NCBI GenBank assembly: GCA_041660525.1
Contig: JBAZWD010000001.1
Location: 224,022 to 288,021, forward strand
DNA: 64,000 nt
From: Legionellales bacterium
GTDB lineage: Bacteria > Pseudomonadota > Gammaproteobacteria > JABCZS01
Direction of reading: 5' to 3'
Shown here: positions 10,313 through 19,917 of the stretch, piece after piece
How positions within the stretch are numbered: the stretch's first letter is position 1
How the letters are laid out: each line of letters opens with the position of its first letter
Notes under the pieces: model-generated
The model's database searches: none
The model's input: the letters and a program-made list of their open reading frames with translations, nothing else
What the model was told of the DNA's origin: nothing
Program-made: the position numbers and the translations under genes

Positions 10313-10448
10313 ATAACGTATTGATTTATATGGTTTTTTATTAAAACTCCGTAAAGGCCGGCCCAGTTTCATCTGTTAGGCTGGTTATTTTCTTCATTTT
10401 CTCATAAGATATACACACAGTTATCCACAATCTTTAGGCTGGGCTGGC

Positions 10449-11240
10449 TTAAAAACTGACTGCACCGCCTGCACTCAAATAATGAGAAAAATCGTCAAGC
10501 GTTCCACTTAATCGTTGACCAAACCCAAAGTCTACTTCAATGTTTTTAGTGAATAAATATTGAATACCTGCATCTGTATTATATCCCGCTGATTCCTCAG
10601 GCCCCGTTTTTGTTTGGCCATAAACTTCAGCATAAAATTGTAAAGATTGAAGAGGCTGCCAAGTGATAACCAGATCAGGGTTAAAGCTGCTATATTGCTC
10701 CCCCCCATTATTATAAGCTGTGGTTTGCGATGAATATCCTAACATGATTGTTGTAGATAAAGTGGCAGTAAAATCGTAACTAACAATGGCGTTGACAGCT
10801 ACACCTAAACCTTCACTGCCAAAATTATGATCACCAGACGGCAGGGTAAATAGGCTTTCTGCGGTATAAACTAGCGGACCTATGGGCACAAATTGATGTT
10901 TCAATCCCAAAGTTGTGGCTGTGTAACCAGAAAGATGCTGCGAAGAAATATAATTGGGCGTTAATATTGTAAATTCATTACCCTCTGGTAAACCAAAACG
11001 CAGCTGTGCTTCTGGATAATTATATTCATGTCCGTCGCTAAGGTATAATTCTTTATATTGCGTTCCCATTTCAATCACGACTTTTCCGGATTTTACGACG
11101 CAACTACTATCAGCCACAGTTGGACGATTTAATACAGCAAGCAGGCTGGCGCATGGATCTGCTAAAGGAGTCTCAGCCCAAGCTATATTAGGCAATAATG
11201 CAATAAAAAATAATTTTTTGTATAAAGTTCGAATGTTCAT
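10449..11240 (-). CDS. outer-membrane beta-barrel protein (possibly Legionella MOMP-like family)
   Basis: A signal peptide is present (ALLPNIAWA). The protein has alternating amphipathic beta-strands rich in Tyr/Gly/Ser/Thr and a C-terminal aromatic residue (…GGAVSF). Confidence 0.45.
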   Translation of the reverse strand: MNIRTLYKKLFFIALLPNIAWAETPLADPCASLLAVLNRPTVADSSCVVKSGKVVIEMGTQYKELYLSDGHEYNYPEAQLRFGLPEGNEFTILTPNYISSQHLSGYTATTLGLKHQFVPIGPLVYTAESLFTLPSGDHNFGSEGLGVAVNAIVSYDFTATLSTTIMLGYSSQTTAYNNGGEQYSSFNPDLVITWQPLQSLQFYAEVYGQTKTGPEESAGYNTDAGIQYLFTKNIEVDFGFGQRLSGTLDDFSHYLSAGGAVSF

Positions 11241-11273
11241 GTATCTTTAAGTTTAGCATTAGGAATCAATAAC

Positions 11274-12029
11274 ATGACATGGGCAATAATCTCTGACACA
11301 CCTTCTTGCATGAGTCGAGCGCAAGATCTAGCAAAACTACTAAATTTGCCTATTTTATTGCCAACTGATAACCAGCCAGATTATATTTTAGCGGTGATGT
11401 CCGATCATCTAGAAGTACAATTAAAAAATACTAAGCCTATTTGTGTCGATTTTCTCACCCCACAATTTATACGACGTTTGCACAGTGTTACGGTTCGCGA
11501 ACCTTTATTGCGGGCAGTGGGATTTAAAAAAAACATACCCTTAACTATTTTAGATGTCACCGCAGGTTTTGGCCAAGATGCTTGTATTCTCGCCTATATG
11601 GGTGCACAAGTAATTTTATTAGAACGTGAACCGATCATGGGTGTTTTATTACGAGATGGCTTAGCACGCGCCCAAACCCAAGGCGAATTAATGTCGGTTG
11701 CAGGACGCATGCATTGTGAAATTACAGATGCTAAAGATTATTTAACGGCGTTGACACCAGAACATTATCCCGATGTCATTTATCTAGACCCCATGTTTGT
11801 CCACACTAAATCCGCATTACCCAATAAACAAATGCAATTTTTGCAAAATTTAAGTAATGACAGTGATGCCGATCAATTGCTCAATTTAGCACTCGAGCGC
11901 GCCGGCAAACGCGTAGTCATAAAAAGATCAATTAATGCGCCGCATCTTGGTGGTTTAAAACCGGATATGTGTATTAAAAGTAAGTTGTTGCGCTTCGATG
12001 TTTTTATTAGGTTAGCAAGTACTCAGTAG
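11274..12029 (+). CDS. rsmJ: 16S rRNA (guanine1516-N2)-methyltransferase RsmJ-like SAM methyltransferase
   Basis: 251 aa with the SAM motif region DVTAGFGQDACILAYMGAQVILLEREP, matching the YhiQ/RsmJ layout. Confidence 0.7.
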   Translation: MTWAIISDTPSCMSRAQDLAKLLNLPILLPTDNQPDYILAVMSDHLEVQLKNTKPICVDFLTPQFIRRLHSVTVREPLLRAVGFKKNIPLTILDVTAGFGQDACILAYMGAQVILLEREPIMGVLLRDGLARAQTQGELMSVAGRMHCEITDAKDYLTALTPEHYPDVIYLDPMFVHTKSALPNKQMQFLQNLSNDSDADQLLNLALERAGKRVVIKRSINAPHLGGLKPDMCIKSKLLRFDVFIRLASTQ

Positions 12030-12031
12030 TC

Positions 12032-13264
12032 TTAAATAAATTCACTGGCATTATGCTTGTTAATCAAAACAAATTCAGATGCTTGCGGATAAGCGGCATA
12101 AAAAGCATCGAGCGCGTGTTGATGACGAGGTTTCATATCATCCCAAGTGACTTGATAGGGCGTGATGGTTTGTTGGTGAAGTACGACAAAATCAACTTCG
12201 CTATGTTCATTTTTCCAATAATAAACATTCTCATAACGTTGTTTTAATCTTAAATAAACTAACATTTCAAGGTGTTTGCCAAAATCCTCGCTGATTTTTG
12301 TGGTGACTGCGGCGCGCAAACCAGGGTCAATTGGATAAAATTTTTTATGTTGTGAAAGCCGTTTTTTTTCTGAAAATGCAAAATAAGGACAAGTAAATAA
12401 TAAATACGCTTGTTCGCAAGCCTCTAAATAGAGTTGTACCGTTTCAACACTTAAATCCGTTACCGCTGCAATTTTACGATAACTTAATTCTGCGCCACAA
12501 GACTCAAAGGCCATTTTAACAACTTGTTTAATACTATCTGGAGAGCGTGCACGCACCCTTCGTAATACATCGCGTAAAATAATATCATTAAAATATTCTT
12601 GTAATAATTTATTAGGTTCAGGGTAGAACAAAGCTTTGGGGAATCCGCCAGCACTTAAATAATCTTTAATATCATTTTTAGGAAATACTTGTAAATATTC
12701 AGCAAAACAAAAAGGAAATAATTCTAGAGTAATATGGCGACCGGTTAATGTAGTAGCGAGTTCGCCTGATAATAAAGTGGCATTGGAGCCGGTTAAAATA
12801 AAATATTTATTTTTAGGACGTTCTAATTGTGTATGTAACCATTTTTCCCAATCGGCAACATTCTGAATTTCATCAAAAAAGAAATAACAAGGCTGCGTGC
12901 CACTGCGTGTTTTGGCAAGTGTCACAATATCACTTAGCAAGGTATGATCAAGTTGATTTAATAAGCGTGGATCTTCAAAATTACAGAAATAACAATGCTC
13001 AAGATTAAGATGATAATGCGCTGGTAATTGTGTCATTAAGGTCGATTTGCCACCACGGCGCACGCCTTGAATAATCAAGGCAATATCATGTACCAACTGT
13101 TTGGGCAATCTTAAGGTGCGTGGCACAAAAGCTTCCGGCTTTTTGCCATCCCAAAAGCTCCAATCATTGAGGATTTCCAGTAAATCTTTTTGAGTCAACA
13201 TAGTGTTGTCGAGTATGATCGACAAATATTGTTTTGTCAAGTATGATTGACACCAATAAAACAA
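12032..13264 (-). CDS. COG1373 AAA+ ATPase with C-terminal DUF4143 (restriction-endonuclease-like) domain
   Basis: P-loop QGVRRGGKSTL, Walker B FFFDEIQ, and a C-terminal SEVDFVV block typical of the AAA_14+DUF4143 architecture. An alternative start at 13201 (MLTQKDLL…) is more likely than the longest ORF. Confidence 0.75.
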   Translation of the reverse strand: MFYWCQSYLTKQYLSIILDNTMLTQKDLLEILNDWSFWDGKKPEAFVPRTLRLPKQLVHDIALIIQGVRRGGKSTLMTQLPAHYHLNLEHCYFCNFEDPRLLNQLDHTLLSDIVTLAKTRSGTQPCYFFFDEIQNVADWEKWLHTQLERPKNKYFILTGSNATLLSGELATTLTGRHITLELFPFCFAEYLQVFPKNDIKDYLSAGGFPKALFYPEPNKLLQEYFNDIILRDVLRRVRARSPDSIKQVVKMAFESCGAELSYRKIAAVTDLSVETVQLYLEACEQAYLLFTCPYFAFSEKKRLSQHKKFYPIDPGLRAAVTTKISEDFGKHLEMLVYLRLKQRYENVYYWKNEHSEVDFVVLHQQTITPYQVTWDDMKPRHQHALDAFYAAYPQASEFVLINKHNASEFI

Positions 13265-13354
13265 GGTAACGGTTTGACATAAAGCTTAAGAGATTAGCAA
13301 AAAATGGGCCAAGCATGATATGATTACCTCCCTTTTCAAAAAACAACGGGTGTT

Positions 13355-15115
13355 ATGATGTTACCGCGCACCGTGTCTTCGTTTATCTGGTATTTTGTTA
13401 AACCTTTTAAATATTGGTTTTTTACTATTATCGGTTTGTCACTTATATGGGCGACCAATGAGGCGCTTTTTGCTTATTTTATTAAATGGATAGTGGATGA
13501 ATTAACTGCTTTGCATGCCACTAAAGAATCAATTTCTGTGCTCGCTATTACGCCGCTAGTTTTGATTTTTATTTCGTGGACTTTAATGGATATAGCCATG
13601 CGGGTGCAAGGATTTATGATGCGCAGTGTAATGCCGCGATTTCGTGCGCATATCCGTGAAACAGTATTTGCCTATGTTCAGCAACATTCACACCGTTATT
13701 TTAGTGAACGTTTTGCCGGTAAGATTGCTAATAAATTATCAGATTTACCCAATAGTGCAGAGCGTATTGTTGAAATCATTTGTGTGAATTTTATTCCTAT
13801 TTTATTTACTTTAGTGCTGGCATTAGGCTTACTTTGGAATACGAATCCAAAATTTTCCATCATTATGATGATTTGGTTTTGCGGTCATATGGGTGCTTTG
13901 GTTGCATTTGCACCTTATTGTAATCGTTTATTTGCCGAACATGCGGATGCGGTCAGTACTTTAAATGGTAAAGTTGTAGATTGCTTTAGCAATATTATGA
14001 ATGTGCGCTTGTTTTCACGCTTCAAGTTTGAGCAGCAATATTTTGCTACTTATCAAAAAGATGAAATCAAAAAAGCACGTAAAGCCTTATTGTATTTAGA
14101 ACTGATGCGGGTTTTTCAAGGGCTTTCAGGATTGTTTTTAATTTTTATGATGCTTATTACTTTAGTTAAAGGCTGGCAAGAAGGGTGGGTCACGATAGGT
14201 GATTTTAGTTTAATTGCCATTCTTTCTTTTAATGTATTGGGTATGATTTGGTGGTTGAGTTTTCAGATCATGCAATTATTTAAAGAAGTCGGTACATTAA
14301 AAGCGGCTTTATCGTTAGTGGTTAAACCGCTTGATATTATTGATGCTATCGATGCGAAACCATTAGTTGTAACAAAGGGCGAAATTAAATTTGATAATGT
14401 GGGTTTTTATTATCAAGAAAATAATCGTTTGTTTGAAGATAAATCCGTTACCATAGGCGCGGGTGAAAAAGTGGGATTGGTTGGCTTTTCAGGCGCGGGT
14501 AAATCGACTTTTGTGAATTTAATTTTGCGCTTTTTTGATGTCGATAAAGGTGCAATTTTAATTGATAATCAAAATATTAAGAATGTAACTTTAGATTCAT
14601 TGTATGAAAATATTGCGATGATTCCGCAGGATACGAGTTTATTTCATCGATCATTAATGGAAAATATTCGTTATGGTCGTGTTGATGCGACGGATGAAGA
14701 AGTCATAGAAGCTGCAAAATTAGCGCATTGCCATGAATTTATTACTAAGTTACCCGAAGGTTATGCTGCTTTAGTGGGTGAGCGCGGCGTAAAATTATCA
14801 ACGGGCCAACGTCAACGTATTGCTATTGCGCGCGCAATATTAAAAAATGCCCCAATTTTAATTTTGGATGAAGCAACCGCTAGTTTGGATTCTGTGACTG
14901 AAGAATTGATTCAAGAAAGTTTAGAAAAATTAATGCAAAATAAAACTACAATCGTGATTGCGCATCGTTTGTCTACGCTATCGCATATGGACAGAATTCT
15001 AGTCTTTGAAAATGGGCATGTTGTTGAGTCGGGTTCACAGGCTGAATTACTGGCAAAAGACTCGCATTTTGCGAAGCTTTGGAAAATGCAGGCTGGTGGG
15101 TTTTTGCCGGGTTGA
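13355..15115 (+). CDS. ABC transporter, fused permease/ATP-binding (MsbA/ABCB-type exporter)
   Basis: An N-terminal 6-TM domain precedes Walker A GFSGAGKST, signature LSTGQRQRIAIARA and Walker B ILILDEATASLD. Confidence 0.85.
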   Translation: MMLPRTVSSFIWYFVKPFKYWFFTIIGLSLIWATNEALFAYFIKWIVDELTALHATKESISVLAITPLVLIFISWTLMDIAMRVQGFMMRSVMPRFRAHIRETVFAYVQQHSHRYFSERFAGKIANKLSDLPNSAERIVEIICVNFIPILFTLVLALGLLWNTNPKFSIIMMIWFCGHMGALVAFAPYCNRLFAEHADAVSTLNGKVVDCFSNIMNVRLFSRFKFEQQYFATYQKDEIKKARKALLYLELMRVFQGLSGLFLIFMMLITLVKGWQEGWVTIGDFSLIAILSFNVLGMIWWLSFQIMQLFKEVGTLKAALSLVVKPLDIIDAIDAKPLVVTKGEIKFDNVGFYYQENNRLFEDKSVTIGAGEKVGLVGFSGAGKSTFVNLILRFFDVDKGAILIDNQNIKNVTLDSLYENIAMIPQDTSLFHRSLMENIRYGRVDATDEEVIEAAKLAHCHEFITKLPEGYAALVGERGVKLSTGQRQRIAIARAILKNAPILILDEATASLDSVTEELIQESLEKLMQNKTTIVIAHRLSTLSHMDRILVFENGHVVESGSQAELLAKDSHFAKLWKMQAGGFLPG

Positions 15116-15120
15116 TATAA

Positions 15121-15154
15121 AGCACGTTATAGACATATATGTCGATAACGTGCT
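15121..15154. terminator. 34-bp near-perfect palindrome AGCACGTTATAGACATATATGTCGATAACGTGCT followed by a T-rich run; probable intrinsic terminator of the ABC exporter gene
   Basis: 10-bp perfect arms (AGCACGTTAT / ATAACGTGCT) flank the palindromic core GACATATATGTC, followed by TTTATTAAATTT, 6 nt after the upstream stop codon. Confidence 0.45.
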
Positions 15155-15252
15155 TTATTAAATTTAAAACCTTAATGTCTCCTTATTTTTCAATGTTGAC
15201 ATTTGGCCGTATTATGGCTATCATTGTCCGTATAAACAAAATTGGCCGTAAA

Positions 15253-16599
15253 ATGAAAAAAATAGATAAAAAATTGGCCGTATTAATGGCTATTAAGCAA
15301 ATGCATGAACCTATCTCGCTCCCAGATTTATTAAAATATTTAGGAGAAGGCTATGCCGAGCGAACTACACGTAGATGGCTACAAGAATTAATTGAAGAAA
15401 AGCTTCTTGAAAAAAAAGGACAAAAAAGAGGGACTTTATATTTTGTTAAGCCGGAAACATTAATTCCACAAATTTCACCTATGTTATTTACAAAACAAGA
15501 TGAGATTGCCATCGCTTATGTTAAACAACCGTTATATACTCGAAAACCTATCAGTTACCAAATACAATGGCTAGCGTCCTATGTGCCCAATAAAACATTT
15601 TATTTATCAGTGGAGCAACGCACTGTATTAAAAAAACAAGGTGAACGTTCGTATACAAACGAACTTGCGGGTACATATGCACGTCATATTTATAATCGTT
15701 TATTAATTGATTTATCTTATAACTCATCGCGTTTAGAAGGTAACACTTATTCATTATTGGATACAGAAAAATTAATTATTGAAGGTGTAAGTGCGCCCGA
15801 TAAGCTTGAACAAGAAAAAGTTATGATTTTAAATCACAAAGAAGCTATTCGCTATTTAATTGATAATGCAGAAAGAATGAGTATAGATGTTCATACCATA
15901 CGTAACTTGCACTATTTATTAGCTGATGGTTTATTAATGGAACAAGGTGCGGGAAACTTACGTGGTCATGCGGTTAAAATAGGGGGCTCTACTTATTTAC
16001 CATTAGATAATAAAGTACAGCTCGAACAAACATTAGATTTAATTTGTAAAAAAGCTGAACAAATAAGTGATCCTTACGAGCAAAGTTTTTTTCTTTTAGT
16101 TCATATGGCTTATTTGCAAGCATTTGAAGATGTTAATAAACGTACAGCACGTTTGTCTGCAAATATTCCGCTGATTAAAAACAATCTTGTTCCATTGTCT
16201 TTTAATGACGTACCAAAAGACGACTATAGCGCTGCTATGGTTGCTGTTTATGAGTTAAATGATACAAATCCGCTGGCATCACTTTATCATTTTTCTTATT
16301 TGAGAACTTGCGAGCAATACGATGCAAATGTTGAGTCGATTGGTTTTGATAGAATAAAAGTGACTTATCGAGCCGAGCGACGTAAATTATTAAAAGATAT
16401 TATTGTTATGGCAATGACAGGTGAAGAAATTCAAAGGTATATCGGAGTAAAAACACAAGACTTAATTCCAATCGCGGATCAATCGGAGTTTATTAAAACT
16501 ATTAATGAAGATATCAGAGGTTTGGACATTAGTCGTATTGCAGGCCTTGGCATCACAAAAGAACAGCTTATTGCTTGGCAGGAATTGCAGAAGAAATAA
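15253..16599 (+). CDS. Fic-family protein with N-terminal winged-HTH and degenerate Fic motif
   Basis: An N-terminal wHTH is present (LPDLLKYLGEGYAERTTRRWLQELIEEKLL). A Fic_N-type helix SSRLEGN ([S/T]xxxE[G/N]) follows. In the core motif position the sequence reads QAFEDVNKRTAR where canonical Fic has HPFx[DE]GNGRxxR; His is replaced by Gln and both Gly are replaced. The start is taken at MKKIDKK (RBS-less upstream extension rejected). Confidence 0.7.
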   Translation: MKKIDKKLAVLMAIKQMHEPISLPDLLKYLGEGYAERTTRRWLQELIEEKLLEKKGQKRGTLYFVKPETLIPQISPMLFTKQDEIAIAYVKQPLYTRKPISYQIQWLASYVPNKTFYLSVEQRTVLKKQGERSYTNELAGTYARHIYNRLLIDLSYNSSRLEGNTYSLLDTEKLIIEGVSAPDKLEQEKVMILNHKEAIRYLIDNAERMSIDVHTIRNLHYLLADGLLMEQGAGNLRGHAVKIGGSTYLPLDNKVQLEQTLDLICKKAEQISDPYEQSFFLLVHMAYLQAFEDVNKRTARLSANIPLIKNNLVPLSFNDVPKDDYSAAMVAVYELNDTNPLASLYHFSYLRTCEQYDANVESIGFDRIKVTYRAERRKLLKDIIVMAMTGEEIQRYIGVKTQDLIPIADQSEFIKTINEDIRGLDISRIAGLGITKEQLIAWQELQKK

Positions 16600-17140
16600 T
16601 TAGCAATCCATAAAAAACCTTTCCCGCTTTTAGATTTTTTATAAGCTGTAAATTCTCTGGGAAAATCATTTCATCTAATGGCTGGTTATGTTCGATGTAG
16701 ATTTTTGCATCGGGTGCTAAAAGCTGATGTTCAACTAATAATTTTAAGCATGGAATAATTAAATTCTCAGCATAAGGTGGGTCTAGAAAAATAATATCAA
16801 ATTTTTCGCTTTCGGTTTTTTTGAGCCAAGTTAGCGCATCGGTTTTTGCAAATGCTGCGTTTGATATTTTTAAATCTTCGCTATTTTGTTTTAGATTGCG
16901 AATAATATGTGTGTCTTTTTCTAGAAATGTTACGTGCCGAGCGCCTCTAGATATTGCTTCAAACCCCAGCGCGCCGCTGCCTGAGAATAAATCTAAGCAG
17001 TTTGCACCCGTAATATCTTCACGCAGCCAATTAAATAAAGTTTCACGAATGCGATTAGGTGTGGGGCGCACGATATCATCGGGGACCTTGATAAGGCGGG
17101 AGCGTAAGCTACCCGCGATTATGCGTATTTTATTGCTCAT
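16568..17140 (-). CDS. rsmD: 16S rRNA (guanine966-N2)-methyltransferase
   Basis: 190 aa with SAM motif LDLFSGSGALGFEAISRGA and the N6-MTase-like DPPY motif (FLDPPY). Confidence 0.85.
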   Translation of the reverse strand: MSNKIRIIAGSLRSRLIKVPDDIVRPTPNRIRETLFNWLREDITGANCLDLFSGSGALGFEAISRGARHVTFLEKDTHIIRNLKQNSEDLKISNAAFAKTDALTWLKKTESEKFDIIFLDPPYAENLIIPCLKLLVEHQLLAPDAKIYIEHNQPLDEMIFPENLQLIKNLKAGKVFYGLLIISSAIPAKQ

Positions 17141-18533
17141 CTACGCCTAGCGTTACTGTCGCTAAATGTTTTGAACCCACGTATTCGTTAAATACACGTT
17201 TAATATCATCGGAGGTGACGGCATTTATTTTGGCTAAATAATCATCGTAATAATTAAGTGGTAATTTATAAAACGCGAGTTTGGCCACTTGTTGCGATAA
17301 AGCTGCATTGGAATTAAATGCCATTAAGAATTTTCCAGCAATATTTTTTTTAGCTTTATTTAACTCTTGTGGTGTGGGGCCAGTGCTGATAAATGTGGTT
17401 AAATGATCAAGCACAAGTTTTAGTGCTTGCTCGCTGGCATCATTGCGTGTTTGTAAATAAATCATAAAGGGCCCTTTTTGTTTTAAGGGTAACACTTGGC
17501 TGCGCACATTATAGGCTAAACCTTCGTTTTCACGTACCACTTCAAATAATTGTGAAGATAAACCTGAGCCACCTAAAATTTCATTACCCAAATAAAAAGC
17601 AAAAAAATCAGGGTTGCCTTTTTCTAGTGTGGGCAGGCCTACCAAAATATGTTTTTGTTGCGAGGGGAATTCAATATGTTCAACCTGAGTTGTTGCGGGT
17701 ATGGTGACGGCTGGAATCTCGGGCGCTGCTGCACCTAGAGGTAATGCTGCTCCAAAATTTTCAGAAATAGTTTCTGCTTCTTCGCGCGAAATATCACCGG
17801 TAATGACTAAAATAGCATTTTGTAAGCTGTAATAGCGTTGATAAAATTCATTAATATTTTCCAGTGTAAATGCTTGGATATTTTCTGCTGTTCCTAGCGT
17901 GGGTGATGCATAAGGGTGCTTGCCGTAAATTGTTTTATAAAAAGCATTGCTGGCCAGTGCTTGTGGTGATTGGCTTTGTGCTTTAAGTGCAGTTAATAAT
18001 TGTGCTTTTTCGAGTGATAAAGAGCTTTCAGTAAAAGAAACTGCTGAAAAAAGATGACTTAATAAATTGATGGATTGATTGCGTTCATCATCAAAGCTTA
18101 GTGTACGTAAACTTACGGTGGCTGCATCTCGAGAAACATCAGTACTAAATATTGCGCCTAAGGATTCAAATTTTTCTACGATAGCATCGGTAGTTAAAAT
18201 TTGCGTATCTTTGCCAATTAATTGATTTGTAATTTGTGCAATGCCTGGTGTGTTGCCATCATAAGCGCTGCCCGCTGCAAAAACTAATTGAATATCGACG
18301 ATCGGTAAATTATCTATGGCTAAAAAATAAGCATCTAAGCCTTGCGAGGTTTGCCAAGATTGAATAGCCAATAAATGATTATCGTGGGACGCTTCATTTT
18401 TTTGAACATCAGGTGCAGAGCCAGGTGTTTTTTTATTCATGAAAAAATAATTAGCACCCACCCCCAAAATAATCAAAATGGCCAGTAGCCACCAGATATT
18501 GGTAAAAAAAGGTTTACGACGACGTCTAATCAT
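17130..18533 (-). CDS. M16-family zinc peptidase-like protein (non-catalytic-type subunit, lacks HxxEH)
   Basis: 467 aa with the M16 N/C domain fold signature regions. It has an N-terminal TM/signal and overlaps the upstream M16 gene by 8 nt, indicating an operon. Confidence 0.7.
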   Translation of the reverse strand: MIRRRRKPFFTNIWWLLAILIILGVGANYFFMNKKTPGSAPDVQKNEASHDNHLLAIQSWQTSQGLDAYFLAIDNLPIVDIQLVFAAGSAYDGNTPGIAQITNQLIGKDTQILTTDAIVEKFESLGAIFSTDVSRDAATVSLRTLSFDDERNQSINLLSHLFSAVSFTESSLSLEKAQLLTALKAQSQSPQALASNAFYKTIYGKHPYASPTLGTAENIQAFTLENINEFYQRYYSLQNAILVITGDISREEAETISENFGAALPLGAAAPEIPAVTIPATTQVEHIEFPSQQKHILVGLPTLEKGNPDFFAFYLGNEILGGSGLSSQLFEVVRENEGLAYNVRSQVLPLKQKGPFMIYLQTRNDASEQALKLVLDHLTTFISTGPTPQELNKAKKNIAGKFLMAFNSNAALSQQVAKLAFYKLPLNYYDDYLAKINAVTSDDIKRVFNEYVGSKHLATVTLGVDEQ

Positions 18534-19866
18534 AAGGTTGAGGTTCCAAAATAGCCACGGTCATGTAATCGGGATTTAAATATTTTTGTGCAACGTGTTG
18601 AATCTGTTCTGGCGTAATAATGAGTAATTCTTGTAAAAACTCATTCCCCATATCCCAAGGTAAGCCTACGCTTTCTAAACTGCCGAGTTCATTGGCTTGC
18701 GCATCGATGGAGTCGAGTTTATAAATTTCATTAGCCATAAGCTGTTTACGCGCACGATCTAATTCTTCTGGGGTTACGAGCTCGATTTTTAATTGATTAA
18801 TTTGATCAAGCAAAGCGAATTCGAGCTGATACATGGAAATATCTGTAGCAGGCACCGCACTTAAGGTAAATAAATTGGCATTACGAAAGAAGGGATCATA
18901 ATCTGTGCTGGCTACGGTCGCGATACGGGTATTGCGAATTAAATTTTTAGAAAAACGTGCACTTTGGCCGCCATCTAAAATACTACTTAATAAAGTGAGC
19001 GCTGCAGGTTCCCAAAATTCGGTTGCAGTATTGAGCACGGGAACATGAAAGCCGATTAATAAATAAGGTAGCGTTGCGGGCACTTTAACGTTAATACGTT
19101 TTTGTCCTAAAGGCTTAACTTCAGGTTGTGGTTTGACTAGAGGTAATTTCTTTTCATCAATATTACCAAAATAATCTTGCGCGAGTTCATACACTTCTTC
19201 AGGCTCTACATCGCCAATGACTACGATAATGGCATTATTAGGTGCATACCAAGTATCATACCATGAGCGCACATCATCCAAGGTTGTGGCCGCAATATCT
19301 TCATGCCAACCAATCGGCATCACACGGTAAGGGCTGGAATTAAAAGCTGTAGCTAAAAAACGTTCATAAGTTAATGTAATGGGTTGATCGTCCACACGTA
19401 GGCGTCGCTCTTCCAGGATAACTTGTTTTTCTTTTTCAAAAATAGCTTCGTCATCAACAATCAGGTGTTGCATGCGATCGGCTTCTAATTTAAAAACCGT
19501 TTCTAAATATTCGACCGGCAGTGTTTGCCAATAACCGGTATAATCAAAGTAAGCAAACGCATTTAAAGTACCACCTAAAGCATAAATGGTATCGGCAAAT
19601 CGGCTGCCTGGATTATTTTTAGTACCTTTGAACATCATATGTTCAAGAAAATGTGATAGACCGGTATTACCCGTGCTTTCATAAGTGGAACCTACTTTAT
19701 ACCAAAGTTGCATCGTGGCTATCGGCGCGCGATGATCAGGACGAACGATTAACGTTAAGCCATTATCCAGTTGGTATTTATGTGTGTTAATGCTGCTACT
19801 TTGTGCAAAGCTGGGCAGTGCAATAACTGCGGTAGCGAATAAAAGGGTGAGTGAGCGTGTGAACAT
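18526..19866 (-). CDS. M16-family zinc metallopeptidase (pitrilysin-like, catalytic subunit)
   Basis: A signal peptide is present. The inverted zinc motif HFLEHMMFKGT (HxxEH) and the downstream Glu are present. Confidence 0.8.
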   Translation of the reverse strand: MFTRSLTLLFATAVIALPSFAQSSSINTHKYQLDNGLTLIVRPDHRAPIATMQLWYKVGSTYESTGNTGLSHFLEHMMFKGTKNNPGSRFADTIYALGGTLNAFAYFDYTGYWQTLPVEYLETVFKLEADRMQHLIVDDEAIFEKEKQVILEERRLRVDDQPITLTYERFLATAFNSSPYRVMPIGWHEDIAATTLDDVRSWYDTWYAPNNAIIVVIGDVEPEEVYELAQDYFGNIDEKKLPLVKPQPEVKPLGQKRINVKVPATLPYLLIGFHVPVLNTATEFWEPAALTLLSSILDGGQSARFSKNLIRNTRIATVASTDYDPFFRNANLFTLSAVPATDISMYQLEFALLDQINQLKIELVTPEELDRARKQLMANEIYKLDSIDAQANELGSLESVGLPWDMGNEFLQELLIITPEQIQHVAQKYLNPDYMTVAILEPQPYD

Positions 19867-19917
19867 CTCGCAATAGTAGCGCCAGCCATGCTAAAATGCA
19901 AGATTTGGAGCATAAAC

